Below are positions 9,581-19,853 of a DNA stretch of 64,000 bases, piece after piece. This DNA is from an uncultured Actinomycetota bacterium (GTDB lineage: Bacteria > Actinomycetota > Actinomycetes > JAHEKZ01), in assembly GCA_963743915.1 (NCBI GenBank), contig CAVURN010000003.1, positions 32,001 to 96,000 on the forward strand, given 5' to 3'. Position 1 is the first letter of the stretch, and every line of letters begins with the position of its first letter. Position numbers and translations under genes: made by a program. Under the pieces are notes generated by a model. That model worked only from the letters and a program-made list of their open reading frames with translations, did no database searches and was not told the origin of the DNA.

Positions 9581-9883
9581 TCAGCTGACGGCGCGGACGT
9601 CGTCGCGCCGTTCGTAGGTCTCCCGGGCGGTCTGCAGCAGGCGCCGCCATGAGGTCACATTGGGACGTCGGCGCAGCAGGGCGCGGCGCTCGCGTTCGGT
9701 CATGCCCCCCCAGACGCCGAACTCGACCTGGTTGTCGAGCGCGTCGGCCAGGCACTCGGTGCGGACCACACAGCCAAGGCAGAGCGCCTTGGCTCGGTTC
9801 TGCGCCGCGCCCTGGACGAAGAGCGCATCCGGATCCGTGGTCCGGCAAGACGCCCGTGCCGACCAGTCCTCGATCCACGCCAT
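9581..9883 (-). CDS. whiB4: WhiB-family regulator WhiB4/WblA
   Basis: CRTTDPDALFVQGAAQNRAK, four Cys, GVWGGMTERERR; between ArsA pair and ponA. Confidence 0.93.
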   Translation of the reverse strand: MAWIEDWSARASCRTTDPDALFVQGAAQNRAKALCLGCVVRTECLADALDNQVEFGVWGGMTERERRALLRRRPNVTSWRRLLQTARETYERRDDVRAVS

Positions 9884-10084
9884 GTGGTCCCCACCCCCTG
9901 CGGCCGTCCCCTGGCCGCCACGTTGTGTAACTGTCGATCAGCCGTGACGCCCCCGCGTCTCCGCAGATGGTCACACGCTGTGATCGCTGACGGTAGAGAT
10001 CGGGCCCTGTCGGCCGATAGCCCCCGGAAGGGCGAACTCTCCTGGTTCTTTCGAGCTAGAAACACCACCCATCGCCGCAAGGCT

Positions 10085-10099
10085 GTCACTCAGAGTTAC
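10085..10099. promoter_or_regulatory. Putative BldD box
   Basis: GTCACTCAGAGTTAC matches NTNACNC(A/T)GNGTNAN at all fixed positions; in wblA-ponA divergent region. Confidence 0.6.
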
Positions 10100-10173
10100 C
10101 ATGCGACTGCGGATGGTGTGCAGTGAGCGGCGTCGGTGCCCGTATTTCCGGTGCTCTCGCCTACCCTGATCCG

Positions 10174-12651
10174 GTGGCAAACCCCTCGTCAGGGGCCGGC
10201 ACGCGGGTCGGCCTCTTCGTCGCGCTGAGCACCGTGGCCGGAGTCCTGGTCGCCGGCCTCGCCCTGCCCGCTGTCGGGCTGGTCGGCCTGACCGCCAAGC
10301 GCACGTCGGAGAACTTCCAGTCGCTCCCGGCATCGCTCAGCATCCCGCCCCTGAAGCAGCGTTCCCGGCTCCTGGCGGCGGACGGCACGGTCATCGCCAC
10401 CTTCTACAGCCAGAACCGGGTGTACGTCCCGATGGACAAGATCGCACCCGTCATGCAGGACGCCATCGTCGCGATCGAGGACGCCCGGTTCTACGAGCAC
10501 AACGGCATCGACGTCAGGGGGACCTTCCGCGCCCTGATCGCCAACACGCAGGCGGGTGAGGTCACCCAGGGGGGGTCGACGATCACCCAGCAGTACGTCA
10601 AGAACGTGCTCGCGGCCACGGCCACGACCAAGGCGGAACGCGAGGCGGCGACCGAGGACTCCATCGGCCGCAAGATTCGTGAGCTGCGGTACGCCCTCGG
10701 ACTCGAGGAGCGGTGGTCGAAGCGGCGGATCCTCGAGGGCTACCTCAACATCGCGTACTACGGCTCCCAGGCGTACGGCATCGAGGTCGCGTCCCAGCGC
10801 TACTTCTCGATCCCCGCTTCCGACCTCAACCCGGGGCAGGCAGCCACGCTCGCCGGGATCGTCAAGTACCCCTCGCTCTACGACCCGCTGGTGAACCCGG
10901 ACCAGAGTGAGGAACGGCGCGATTTCGTCCTGCAGCGGATGGCCGACGAGAACATGATCAGCCAGAAGCAGGCAGACAAGTACCAGAAGCGGCCGCTCGA
11001 GAAGACGCTGGACCCCAGCGACCTCACCCGCGGGTGTGCCGTTTCGCAGGTGCCGTTCTACTGCACGTACGTCGAGGAGTCGTTCCTGTCCGACCCCGCG
11101 TACGGCGCCACACGCGCCGACCGGCGTCGGCTGCTCAACGGTGGTGGACTGACCATCAAGACCACGCTCGACATGGACGACCAGCGCTCCGCCCAGGATG
11201 CCGTCGAGACCTACCTGCCGACCGGCGACCCCAGCGGGCGCGTCGCAGCCATCGCCATGATCGAGCCGGGAACCGGGAATGTCGTCGCGATGGCGCAGAA
11301 CCTCAAGTTCGGCAAGGGACCCGACGCGAGCTTCATCAACAACGCCGTCGACGCGAAGTACTCCGGGACGTCGGGTCAGCAGCCGGGGTCGACCTTCAAG
11401 ATCTTCACCATCGCCGCCGCGATCGAGCAGGGGCTGCCGATGGATGACTTCATCTACTCGCCCTCCTCCCGCGTCTGGCCGTACGGCACCTACAAGAACT
11501 GCGAAGGCGCGTCCCTGGGTGAGTGGAGCATGGGCAACTACGAAGGCGCGCGCTCCGGCAACTTCACCATGTACGAAGGCACCGCGTACTCGATCAACAC
11601 CTACTTCGCCGAGCTCGCGCGGCGCACCGGGCTCTGCAACGTCTGGGACGTTGCGACCCGCGCGGGAGTCACCACCGCGAACACCGGAGAGGCACCGGTC
11701 GACGACACCGAACTGCAGTACGCGCCGGGAGTCATCGGAGGCACCTTCGGCATGTCGCCTCTGACGCTGGCGGAGTCCTACGCCACCTTCGCCGCACGGG
11801 GTCTGCACTGCGAGGCGCGCGCCATCACCGCCGTCCGCACCATCGACAAGCAACAGATCGAGGTGCCCGAGCCAGACTGCGAGCAGGTGATCAAGCCGGA
11901 GGTCGCGGACGCGGTCAACGACGTGATGGTCAGCGTCATCGACGGCAGGGTGTCGAGCCCGACGGGGGCGGCGATGGACATCGGACGTCCCGCCGCAGGC
12001 AAGACCGGAACGACGGACGACTACAACGCGGTCTGGTTCGCCGGCTACACGCCAGATCTCGCGGCCGCCGTCTGGGCCGGGCATCCCGACGCCCCCAAGC
12101 AGTACCCGATGCGCGCGGTCACGATCAACGGCACCTACTACAGCTACGTCTTCGGCAGCTCGCTGCCCGGACCGATCTGGCGGGACGCGATGCTCGGTGC
12201 GCTCGCCGACGTCCCCTTCTCGACGTTCACGCCGCTCAACCCCGAGCTGATCGACGGCGCGACGCTGGGCCTGCCTTCGCTCGCCGGGCTGACACCGCAA
12301 GAGGCGGTCCGCCGGCTCGACGCCCTCGACCTGGTCTCCGAGGTCGCCGACGGCGAGGTGGGCTCCTCCCAGCCGCAGGGGACCGTGGCCTACACGTCTC
12401 CGGGCGCAGGGACCAGCGTGCAGCCCGGTGACACCGTCACGATCTACCTGAGCAACGGGATCGCGCCTCCCCCGCCGCCCGAGGAGAACAACGGCAGCGA
12501 TGACGGCGGTGGGGGCAACGACGGTGGCGGGAGCACCGGCGGTGGGAACGACGGTGGCGGCGGCACCAGTGGTGACGGCGGCGGTGGTGGCGGGAACGAC
12601 GGCCCCGGCAACTCCGACGGCAATCCCGGTGGCGGCAACACCACCAACTGA
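10174..12651 (+). CDS. ponA: Class A penicillin-binding protein with PASTA domain (PonA2-like)
   Basis: EDARFYEHNG, GGSTITQQ, RKIRE; STFK, SIN, KTG; PASTA and Pro/Gly tail; TACCCT-N6-GTG start. Confidence 0.95.
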   Translation: MANPSSGAGTRVGLFVALSTVAGVLVAGLALPAVGLVGLTAKRTSENFQSLPASLSIPPLKQRSRLLAADGTVIATFYSQNRVYVPMDKIAPVMQDAIVAIEDARFYEHNGIDVRGTFRALIANTQAGEVTQGGSTITQQYVKNVLAATATTKAEREAATEDSIGRKIRELRYALGLEERWSKRRILEGYLNIAYYGSQAYGIEVASQRYFSIPASDLNPGQAATLAGIVKYPSLYDPLVNPDQSEERRDFVLQRMADENMISQKQADKYQKRPLEKTLDPSDLTRGCAVSQVPFYCTYVEESFLSDPAYGATRADRRRLLNGGGLTIKTTLDMDDQRSAQDAVETYLPTGDPSGRVAAIAMIEPGTGNVVAMAQNLKFGKGPDASFINNAVDAKYSGTSGQQPGSTFKIFTIAAAIEQGLPMDDFIYSPSSRVWPYGTYKNCEGASLGEWSMGNYEGARSGNFTMYEGTAYSINTYFAELARRTGLCNVWDVATRAGVTTANTGEAPVDDTELQYAPGVIGGTFGMSPLTLAESYATFAARGLHCEARAITAVRTIDKQQIEVPEPDCEQVIKPEVADAVNDVMVSVIDGRVSSPTGAAMDIGRPAAGKTGTTDDYNAVWFAGYTPDLAAAVWAGHPDAPKQYPMRAVTINGTYYSYVFGSSLPGPIWRDAMLGALADVPFSTFTPLNPELIDGATLGLPSLAGLTPQEAVRRLDALDLVSEVADGEVGSSQPQGTVAYTSPGAGTSVQPGDTVTIYLSNGIAPPPPPEENNGSDDGGGGNDGGGSTGGGNDGGGGTSGDGGGGGGNDGPGNSDGNPGGGNTTN
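12497..12642 (+). repeat. Gly/Asn/Asp low-complexity tail of PonA
   Basis: Repeated GGGNDGGG-type units. Confidence 0.8.
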
Positions 12652-12652
12652 G

Positions 12653-12697
12653 GCTCGCCGAGTGTCCCTCTGGAAGAGGTCACCGCTCGCCGAGTGT
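12653..12697 (+). repeat. CGAGTG-family doublet
   Basis: GCTCGCCGAGTGT twice with 32-bp period directly after ponA stop. Confidence 0.75.
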
Positions 12698-12715
12698 GCC
12701 CCTACTGTGGTGACG

Positions 12716-13396
12716 ATGAACCCTTCGACAGCCGGTGCCCAGCTGGTCAGCGTCAACCTTGCAGTCGTCAGGGACAACCCTTTCAAGTCATCGACTCGTA
12801 CCGGCATCGACAAGCAGCCGACCGAGGACGCCGTGGAGGTACGTGCGCCAGGCTCCAAGGCACACGGACTCGGCAGTGGACTCGTCGGTGACTTCATCGG
12901 CGACCGACGTCACCACGGCGGTGACGACCAGGCGATCTATGCGTACGCGATGGAAGACCTGCAGTGGTGGGCCGACGAGCTCGGCCGCACGCTGTCGGCC
13001 GGGCAGTTCGGCGAGAACCTCACCACGTCCGGCCTGGACGTCAACGGAGCACGGATCGGGGAACGTTGGAGGATCGGTTCGGACGTCCAGCTGCAGGTGA
13101 CCGACCCGCGATTGCCCTGTGCCACCTTCCGCGGCTGGATGAATCGCGCCGGATGGCTGAAGGACTTCACCGCTGCCGGACGTCCCGGCACCTATCTGAG
13201 GGTGCTGTCACCCGGCTTGATCCGTCGCGGCGACACCGTGGTGATCGAGCGCCCGACGCACGACGTCACGGTTGCCCTGGTGTTTCGCGCGCTGACCACA
13301 GAACCCGAACTGCTGCCGAAGATTCTCGAGGCGCCCGAGCTGCCGGAGGAGACGCGACAGATGGCGGAAGAGAGACGCACCTTCAGCCTCGGGTGA
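12716..13396 (+). CDS. MOSC domain protein (YiiM-like)
   Basis: TGIDKQP, HHGGDDQAIYAY, GQFGENLT, PRLPCATF, RPGTYLRV. Confidence 0.92.
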   Translation: MNPSTAGAQLVSVNLAVVRDNPFKSSTRTGIDKQPTEDAVEVRAPGSKAHGLGSGLVGDFIGDRRHHGGDDQAIYAYAMEDLQWWADELGRTLSAGQFGENLTTSGLDVNGARIGERWRIGSDVQLQVTDPRLPCATFRGWMNRAGWLKDFTAAGRPGTYLRVLSPGLIRRGDTVVIERPTHDVTVALVFRALTTEPELLPKILEAPELPEETRQMAEERRTFSLG

Positions 13397-13416
13397 ACGG
13401 CTGCTGAAAGTGAGAG

Positions 13417-13447
13417 GTCCCGGGACACCCTCACGATGTCCCGGGAC
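13417..13447. terminator. Hairpin between MOSC gene and tRNA-Pro 3' end
   Basis: GTCCCGGGACA-N9-TGTCCCGGGAC perfect 11-bp stem between convergent genes. Confidence 0.6.
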
Positions 13448-13457
13448 TCGACACGCG

Positions 13458-13531
<74 letters not shown>

Positions 13532-13541
13532 CAAAGCCTGG

Positions 13542-14465
13542 TCAGCCTACCGAACCGCCGGCATCCCCCGGAAATCGACCATCCGATCGCGGTACGAGGG
13601 TGAGCAGGGTCGCCTCGGGTGGGCACGCGAAGCGGATCGGCGCGGTCGGCGAGGTGCCGAGACCGGCGGACACGTGGAGCCAGGAACCCGCGCGACGATG
13701 CAACCCCTTGGCCTGCGAGACCGGGAGGTCGCAGTTGGTGACCAGGGCGCCATAGCCCGGAACGCAGAGCTGCCCGCCGTGCGTGTGCCCTGCCAGAATC
13801 AGTTGCACACCGTCGCCGGCCATCGCGTCCACAACGCGCAGATAGGGAGCGTGCGTCACCCCCACGTGGAGGACGCCGTCCTGTGGCGCACGGTAGGGAA
13901 CGTCGGCATATCGGTCGAGACCCAGGTGCGGGTCGTCGGTGCCCACGAAGGCGATGGACAGGTCCCGAACCTTCAGGTCACCCGCGGCGTTGTCGAGGTC
14001 GATCCACCCCCGGGCGAGGAACCCGTCACGCAGGTCTCGCCAGGGAAGGGGGTCACCGAAGACGCGCCCTCCGGAGTCGGGCAGCAGGTACCGGCCCGGG
14101 TTCTTCCACACCGGGCCGTAGTAGTCGTTCGACCCCATCACGAAGACGCCCGGGACATCGAGCAGCGGCTCAAGAGCATCGAGGGCTGTCGGCACGGCAT
14201 CGGGGTGGGCGATGTTGTCGCCCGTGTCGACGACGAGGTCCGGTTCAAGCGCAGCCAGGCGTCGCACCCATGCGGCTCGCCCTCGGTTGCGGGGCGTGAG
14301 ATGCATGTCCGACAGATGCAGGACGCGGAGCGGTTCAGCACCCGGCTCGAGCACGGGCACCGTCACCCGACGGAGGCGGTACTGGTGGGCCTCCCACAGC
14401 GCGTACGACACCCCCGCGACCTTGAGCGCGGCCAGCGCGGCGAGCGCGGTTCGGGTACGGGACAC
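13542..14465 (-). CDS. Metallophosphoesterase (Rv3683-like)
   Basis: SDMH, TGD, GSND, THAP, GHTHGGQ, SAGLG, RFACPPE. Confidence 0.93.
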   Translation of the reverse strand: MSRTRTALAALAALKVAGVSYALWEAHQYRLRRVTVPVLEPGAEPLRVLHLSDMHLTPRNRGRAAWVRRLAALEPDLVVDTGDNIAHPDAVPTALDALEPLLDVPGVFVMGSNDYYGPVWKNPGRYLLPDSGGRVFGDPLPWRDLRDGFLARGWIDLDNAAGDLKVRDLSIAFVGTDDPHLGLDRYADVPYRAPQDGVLHVGVTHAPYLRVVDAMAGDGVQLILAGHTHGGQLCVPGYGALVTNCDLPVSQAKGLHRRAGSWLHVSAGLGTSPTAPIRFACPPEATLLTLVPRSDGRFPGDAGGSVG

Positions 14466-14509
14466 GGCACCCAGTGTGTCACCAGTCTCCGGTGCGAGAG
14501 GATGGAGCC

Positions 14510-14962
14510 ATGAGTCTCAAGGAGCAGCTGCACGCCGACCTCACCGACGCCATGCGGGCCAAGGACGAGGTGCGCAGATCGACGCTGCGCATGGTGCTCA
14601 CTGCCATCACGACCGAGGAGGTCGCCGGCAAGCAGGCGCGTGAGCTCTCCGACGACGAGGTGCAGAAGGTGCTTGCCCGCGAGCTCAAGAAGCGCAAGGA
14701 AGCAGCCACCGCCTTCACCGATGCTGGACACTCAGACCGAGCAGCGTCCGAGCTCGCCGAGGCTGCGGTGATCGAGGGCTACCTTCCGGCACAGCTGTCC
14801 GACGAGGAGCTGTCGGCGCTGGTGAGCTCCACGATCGAAGAGACAGGGGCATCCGGGCCGCAAGCCATGGGACAGGTGATGAAAGCGGTCCAACCCCGAG
14901 TAGCGGGTCGGGCCGACGGCGGACGCGTCGCGGCGGAGGTCAAGCGCCAGCTCGCGTCCTGA
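14510..14962 (+). CDS. GatB/YqeY domain protein
   Basis: LTDAMRAKDEVR, KKRKEAA, YLPAQLS, MGQVMK, GRADGG. Confidence 0.93.
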   Translation: MSLKEQLHADLTDAMRAKDEVRRSTLRMVLTAITTEEVAGKQARELSDDEVQKVLARELKKRKEAATAFTDAGHSDRAASELAEAAVIEGYLPAQLSDEELSALVSSTIEETGASGPQAMGQVMKAVQPRVAGRADGGRVAAEVKRQLAS

Positions 14963-14968
14963 CGACCA

Positions 14969-15006
14969 CACTCGACGCGCCTGGACGTCACCCAGGGGGA
15001 CACTCG
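14969..15006 (-). repeat. CGAGTG-family doublet, inverted relative to 12653-12697
   Basis: CACTCG-26nt-CACTCG, 32-bp period; spacer similar to 32710-32748 and to reverse complement of 12659-12696. Confidence 0.72.
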
Positions 15007-15015
15007 GCGGCCGGC

Positions 15016-16071
15016 TCAGCCTGCTGTCAGCTCCGCGGCCACCACTTCGGCGATCTGGGCAGTGTTGAGAGCCGCCCCCTTGCGGAGGTTGTCCCCGCAC
15101 ACGAAGAGGTCGAGTGCGTGCGGGTCGTCCACGGAGCGACGCACCCGCCCGACCCACGTGGGGTCGGTGCCCACCACGTCGTTCGGCGTCGGGAACTCCC
15201 CAGCTGCCGGGTCGTCGACGAGCACCACACCCTCGGCCTCGCGCAGGACCGCGTGAGCCTGACGCTGGTCGACCTCTTGCGCAAACCGTGCGTGCACCGC
15301 GAGCGAGTGTGTGGTGATGACCGGGACGCGGACACAGGTGGCGGAGACACGGAGGTTCTTCAGCCCCAGGATCTTGCGCGACTCGTTGCGCACCTTGAGC
15401 TCTTCGCTGCTCCACCCGTCGTCCTTCAGCGAGCCTGCCCAGGGCACCACGTTCATCGCCAGCGGCGCCGGGAATGGCCCGGTGTCCCCCACGATGCCGC
15501 GAAGGTCCCCTGCGCGGTTGCCGGCATCGGGGGAAGCCGCCACCTTCGCGTACTGGTCGCGAAGCGTGTCGATTCCCGCCTGGCCGGCACCGGACGCCGC
15601 CTGGTACGACGCGACGACGAGCTCCTCGAGACCGAACTCGCGATGAAGCGCACCCATGGCGACGATCATCGACAGCGTCGTGCAGTTCGGGTTGCTGATG
15701 ATCCCCTTCGGCCGCAGCTTCGCAGCCGCGGCATTGACCTCCGGCACCACCAGCGGCACGTCGGGATCCATCCGGAAGGCACCGGAGTTGTCCACCGCCA
15801 CCGCCCCACGAGCGGCAGCGACGGGCGCCCACTCGGCGGAGACCTCGTCCGGCACGTCGAACATCGCGATGTCCACGCCGTCGAAGACCTCTGGTGCCAG
15901 CGCCTGCACGACGACGTCCTGGCCCCGCACCTGCAGCACCTTGCCCGCTGAACGGGCTGACGCCACCAGACGGATCTCACCCCACACGTCCTCGCGCGAG
16001 CTGAGGATGTCGAGCATCACCGTGCCGACGGCCCCCGTGGCACCGACCACGGCAAGCGTTGGCTTGCTCAT
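15016..16071 (-). CDS. asd: Aspartate-semialdehyde dehydrogenase
   Basis: [41 protein letters not shown]. Confidence 0.97.
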   Translation of the reverse strand: MSKPTLAVVGATGAVGTVMLDILSSREDVWGEIRLVASARSAGKVLQVRGQDVVVQALAPEVFDGVDIAMFDVPDEVSAEWAPVAAARGAVAVDNSGAFRMDPDVPLVVPEVNAAAAKLRPKGIISNPNCTTLSMIVAMGALHREFGLEELVVASYQAASGAGQAGIDTLRDQYAKVAASPDAGNRAGDLRGIVGDTGPFPAPLAMNVVPWAGSLKDDGWSSEELKVRNESRKILGLKNLRVSATCVRVPVITTHSLAVHARFAQEVDQRQAHAVLREAEGVVLVDDPAAGEFPTPNDVVGTDPTWVGRVRRSVDDPHALDLFVCGDNLRKGAALNTAQIAEVVAAELTAG

Positions 16072-16589
16072 CGTCCCGTCCCTCCGTAGACCACGGCCTC
16101 TTCCTGGGCGTCGTCGAGTCCGAACGCGGTGTGGATGGCAGCGACCGCCGCATCGAGCGCGTCGGCGCGGGTGATGACCGAGATTCGGATCTCCGAGGTC
16201 GAGATCATCTCGACGTTGACCCCGGCGTTGGAGAGCGCACGGAAGAAGGTTGCGGAGATGCCGGCGTTCGTGCGCATGCCTGCACCGACCAGGGACACCT
16301 TGCCGATCTGGTCGTCGACCCGAAGGTCGGTGAAGCCGATGGCGTCCTTGCTGCGTTCCAGCGCAGCCACCGCGTGCCCCGTGTCGTCGTGCGGCATCGT
16401 GAAGGAGATGTCAGTGCGCGCGGTCGCAGCCGTGGACACGTTCTGCACGATCATGTCGATGTTGACCTCGGCGTCCGCGAGCGCCTCGAAGATCATGGCT
16501 GCCTCGCCGGGCTTGTCCGGGACGCCGACCACGGTCACCTTGGCCTCGCTGCGGTCGTGTGCGACGCCCGAGATGATCGGCTGCTCCAC
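16068..16589 (-). CDS. Aspartate kinase beta subunit, nested in-frame start
   Basis: Internal AAGGGAG-N5-GTG at [12 protein letters not shown]; 173 aa covering the ACT domains. Confidence 0.75.
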   Translation of the reverse strand: MEQPIISGVAHDRSEAKVTVVGVPDKPGEAAMIFEALADAEVNIDMIVQNVSTAATARTDISFTMPHDDTGHAVAALERSKDAIGFTDLRVDDQIGKVSLVGAGMRTNAGISATFFRALSNAGVNVEMISTSEIRISVITRADALDAAVAAIHTAFGLDDAQEEAVVYGGTGR

Positions 16590-17354
16590 GGTTTCTCCCT
16601 TGCTGGTGGGGATGGCGGACGGGTCGGCAACCACCCAGGTGCCCTCGCGTCGGCTGAACGACGAGCGCACGTGGATGGGCAAGGCGTAGCGACGCGCGTA
16701 CTCGACGCACCGAAGGTGCAGGACCTTCGCGCCGGCCGCCGCGAACTCGAGCATCTCCTCGTATGTGATGTAGGACAGACGCCGCGCGGAAGGGACGATG
16801 CGGGGGTCGGCACTGAAGACACCGTCGACATCGGTGTAGATCTCGCACACCTCGGCATCGAGCGCGGCTGCGAGCGCCACCGCAGTGGTGTCGGACCCGC
16901 CCCGTCCCAGGGTGGTGATGTCCTTGGTGTCGGGGCTGACTCCCTGGAAGCCGGCGACGATGGCGACCGCGCCTTCGTCGAGGGCGCCCTGGATGCGACC
17001 CGGAGTGATGTTGATGATGCGCGCCTTGCCGTGCGACGACGTGGTGATGACACCAGCCTGGCTCCCGGTGAAGGAGCGGGCCTCGACGCCCAGATCGGTG
17101 ATGGCCATCGCCAGGAGCGCCATCGAGATGCGCTCGCCGGCCGTCAGGAGCATGTCGAGCTCGCGGCCCGGCGGCATCGGTGACACCTGCTCGGCGAGGT
17201 CGATCAGCTCATCGGTGGTGTCACCCATGGCCGACACGACGACGCACACGTCGTGGCCCGCCTTCTTGGCTTCGACGATGCGAGTCGCGACCCGCTTGAT
17301 GCTGGTGGCATCCGCGACGCTGGAACCGCCGTACTTCTGGACGACGAGCCCCAC
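16068..17354 (-). CDS. lysC: Aspartate kinase (alpha subunit)
   Basis: [30 protein letters not shown], two ACT domains, ISTSEIRIS. Confidence 0.97.
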   Translation of the reverse strand: MGLVVQKYGGSSVADATSIKRVATRIVEAKKAGHDVCVVVSAMGDTTDELIDLAEQVSPMPPGRELDMLLTAGERISMALLAMAITDLGVEARSFTGSQAGVITTSSHGKARIINITPGRIQGALDEGAVAIVAGFQGVSPDTKDITTLGRGGSDTTAVALAAALDAEVCEIYTDVDGVFSADPRIVPSARRLSYITYEEMLEFAAAGAKVLHLRCVEYARRYALPIHVRSSFSRREGTWVVADPSAIPTSKGETVEQPIISGVAHDRSEAKVTVVGVPDKPGEAAMIFEALADAEVNIDMIVQNVSTAATARTDISFTMPHDDTGHAVAALERSKDAIGFTDLRVDDQIGKVSLVGAGMRTNAGISATFFRALSNAGVNVEMISTSEIRISVITRADALDAAVAAIHTAFGLDDAQEEAVVYGGTGR

Positions 17355-17474
17355 GACACTGTCCTTCCCCGGTCCCACCGTGCGCAGCACCGGAGCGGAC
17401 AGTCTACCGAGGGGCCTTCAGCCGCCCCGATATCCGTGGTCTCCACTCGTCCACCCGCCTCGTACAGTGGAACG

Positions 17475-18224
17475 GTGACCCCGTCAGCCACCCTCCGCGC
17501 CGTCGCCGGGGTCCTGACCGCCTCGGCGCTGCTGCTCACGGGGTGCACCTCATCGGAGCCGGAGCCAGCGGCGTCCCCCACGCCGTCCCCTTCGGTCTCG
17601 GCGACGTCGACGCCACGGGAGCTGACGGCAGCGGAACGCGCGCAACAGCTCTCGGCGTTGGCTCCCGACGGGTTCAAGGCCTCGTACCGCCTCACGACGC
17701 GCCGAAACCTGCCCGATGCCAAGGTGCTCATGCGCGTCCTCGGTGAGCGCTTCCGACTCGATGTCACTCGCGGGCGGACCACCGCGGTGCTGGCCTACGG
17801 GCGACGCGGTGTCGTCTCGTGCCGGATCCGGGAGCCGAAGACGAAGAATGACCGCGTCCAACGAGCTTGCTTCTTGGTCGCCAAGACCCCGCGGCAGCTG
17901 CCCGCCCTGTTCGACCCAGGAATCCAGCGTCTCTTCCGCACCACCACTCTTGCGCTCTCCCGCGGCGGCAAGCAGGTCACGGTCCGGCGCGACGGGACGT
18001 GGAAGGCACCGCACGGGCTTGGTGTCGCCGAGTGTTTCGCGGTGCGTGGTGAGCGCGTGGAACGTGGCACGTACTGCTACCTGGCCGAGCCCGGTCCGAA
18101 CATCGGGCTGCTCGCGCGCGCGGTGTTCCCCAGCGGCACCCTCGAGCTGCGTGACGTGAGCCGGGCACTGCGCCAGGGAGCGTTTCGGCCACCGGTGCGT
18201 CCCACGCCGTTGCCGACCGGCTGA
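17475..18224 (+). CDS. Hypothetical basic lipoprotein
   Basis: TACAGT-N6-GTG start; hydrophobic segment plus lipobox LTGC; Ser/Pro linker. Confidence 0.75.
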   Translation: MTPSATLRAVAGVLTASALLLTGCTSSEPEPAASPTPSPSVSATSTPRELTAAERAQQLSALAPDGFKASYRLTTRRNLPDAKVLMRVLGERFRLDVTRGRTTAVLAYGRRGVVSCRIREPKTKNDRVQRACFLVAKTPRQLPALFDPGIQRLFRTTTLALSRGGKQVTVRRDGTWKAPHGLGVAECFAVRGERVERGTYCYLAEPGPNIGLLARAVFPSGTLELRDVSRALRQGAFRPPVRPTPLPTG

Positions 18225-18232
18225 CGCTGGAT

Positions 18233-18781
18233 CTAGTGGTCGGCGCCGGCGTCGAGCCGGGTGTGCGCGACCGCCGAGTGCAGCGCGCGAAGAGCCGAGC
18301 TCGCGGTCGAGCCCCAGTTCGCCAGGTACGAGTACTGCCACCACCACAACGCCTCGTCGAAACGGCCCGCCTTGTAGTGGGCCAGACCGTGGTAGAGGTC
18401 CGCAGCGACGTCAGAGATGTCGTCCGACAGCCGGGAGCTGACCACCTCTCCGTCGCGGACGTACGGGTCGAACACCTCCACGTACTCGTCAGCGGGTCCC
18501 AGCAGCTCGGCGAGCCTCTCGCGCAACCCGTCCGCGTCCGGGTCGATGCCGGCGTCCGGCTCGAAGCGCTCACTGGGCACGACGTCCACGACCGCTCCGA
18601 GGCGTCCGCCGGCCAGCAGCAGCTGCGAGACCTCGAGCAGCAGCATCGACAAGGTGCCACCCGGGAAGTCGCCACGGGCGACCGCACCGAGGGCGATCAG
18701 GAAGCTCTCGACCTGGTCGGCGATGTCAGCGGCGAACTCGTCGACGTCGTCGGACTGCCGGTTGCCGTTGTCGCTGCTCAC
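18233..18781 (-). CDS. DUF5063 domain protein
   Basis: LEVSQLLLAGGRLGA, YVEVFDPY, EALWWWQYSYLANWG; usual gene after recR. Confidence 0.9.
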   Translation of the reverse strand: MSSDNGNRQSDDVDEFAADIADQVESFLIALGAVARGDFPGGTLSMLLLEVSQLLLAGGRLGAVVDVVPSERFEPDAGIDPDADGLRERLAELLGPADEYVEVFDPYVRDGEVVSSRLSDDISDVAADLYHGLAHYKAGRFDEALWWWQYSYLANWGSTASSALRALHSAVAHTRLDAGADH

Positions 18782-18826
18782 CGTTCCACCTCTTCGTCGT
18801 CTGCGTGCGCACGCCGGGCGTCCTGT

Positions 18827-19426
18827 CTACACCTCGAGGCTCCGCCGCCCCTCGAAGGCGCGCCCGAGGGTGACTTCGTCCGCGTACTCGAGGTCTCCGC
18901 CCACCGGCAGGCCACTGGCCAGCCGTGAGACGGTCAGCCCCATCGGTTTGACCAGCCGGGCGAGGTAGGTCGCCGTGGCCTCGCCCTCGAGGTTGGGATC
19001 GGTGGCGATGATCAGCTCGGTCACGGTGCCGTCCGCGAGGCGGGTCATGAGCTCCTTGACCCGGAGGTCGTCCGGGCCGATGCCCTCGATCGGGCTGATC
19101 GCCCCACCGAGCACGTGGTAGCGACCGCGGAACTCCCGGGTCCGCTCGACGGCGACGACGTCCTTGGGCTCCTCGACCACGCAGATGACGGCCGGCTCGC
19201 GCCGCGGGTCGAGGCAGATCCGGCACTCGTCGGCCTCGGCCACGTTGCCGCAGGTACGGCAGAACCGGACCTTCGCCTTGACCTCGAGCAGCACCTCCGC
19301 GAGCCGGCGCACGTCAGCGGGTTCTGCCGCGAGCAGGTGGAAGGCGATCCGCTGCGCGGACTTCGGCCCGACCCCGGGGAGCCGGCCGAGCTCGTCGATG
19401 AGGTCCTGGACCACGCCCTCGTACAT
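18827..19426 (-). CDS. recR: Recombination mediator RecR
   Basis: [12 protein letters not shown]4 zinc finger, [17 protein letters not shown]. Confidence 0.97.
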   Translation of the reverse strand: MYEGVVQDLIDELGRLPGVGPKSAQRIAFHLLAAEPADVRRLAEVLLEVKAKVRFCRTCGNVAEADECRICLDPRREPAVICVVEEPKDVVAVERTREFRGRYHVLGGAISPIEGIGPDDLRVKELMTRLADGTVTELIIATDPNLEGEATATYLARLVKPMGLTVSRLASGLPVGGDLEYADEVTLGRAFEGRRSLEV

Positions 19427-19430
19427 GCGC

Positions 19431-19769
19431 CTAGCCCCCGAGGCCCAGCTGTCCGAGGGGGCCGTCGAGGCCGCCCGCGAGCGGCCCCATGGCTTGCTGC
19501 TGACGCGCTGCCGCCTGCGCGGACGCGTCGCGGTAGGCCGCGAGGACCAGGTCGGCGAGGGTCTCGGTGTCGTCGGGATCCACCGCCTCGGGCGCGATGG
19601 CGAGGGCCACCAGCTCGCCGCCCCCGGTGACGGTCGCACTCACCAGGCCACCCCCGGACTGGCCGCTGATCCGCTCCGCAGCGAGCTCCTGCTGGGCCAG
19701 CGCCAGCTGGGCCTGCATCTGTTGGGCCTGGGCGAGCAGCCCGGACAGGTCGGGCATGCCGTCGGTCAT
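19431..19769 (-). CDS. ybaB: YbaB/EbfC nucleoid-associated protein
   Basis: [33 protein letters not shown]; dnaX-ybaB-recR order. Confidence 0.94.
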   Translation of the reverse strand: MTDGMPDLSGLLAQAQQMQAQLALAQQELAAERISGQSGGGLVSATVTGGGELVALAIAPEAVDPDDTETLADLVLAAYRDASAQAAARQQQAMGPLAGGLDGPLGQLGLGG

Positions 19770-19853
19770 CGGGGCGCCTTTCGTGGGACATCCGGGAGGA
19801 GCGGGTCCAGCCTACGTCGCAGCACCGACGCCGCATCGGACGCGCAGGCGGGC

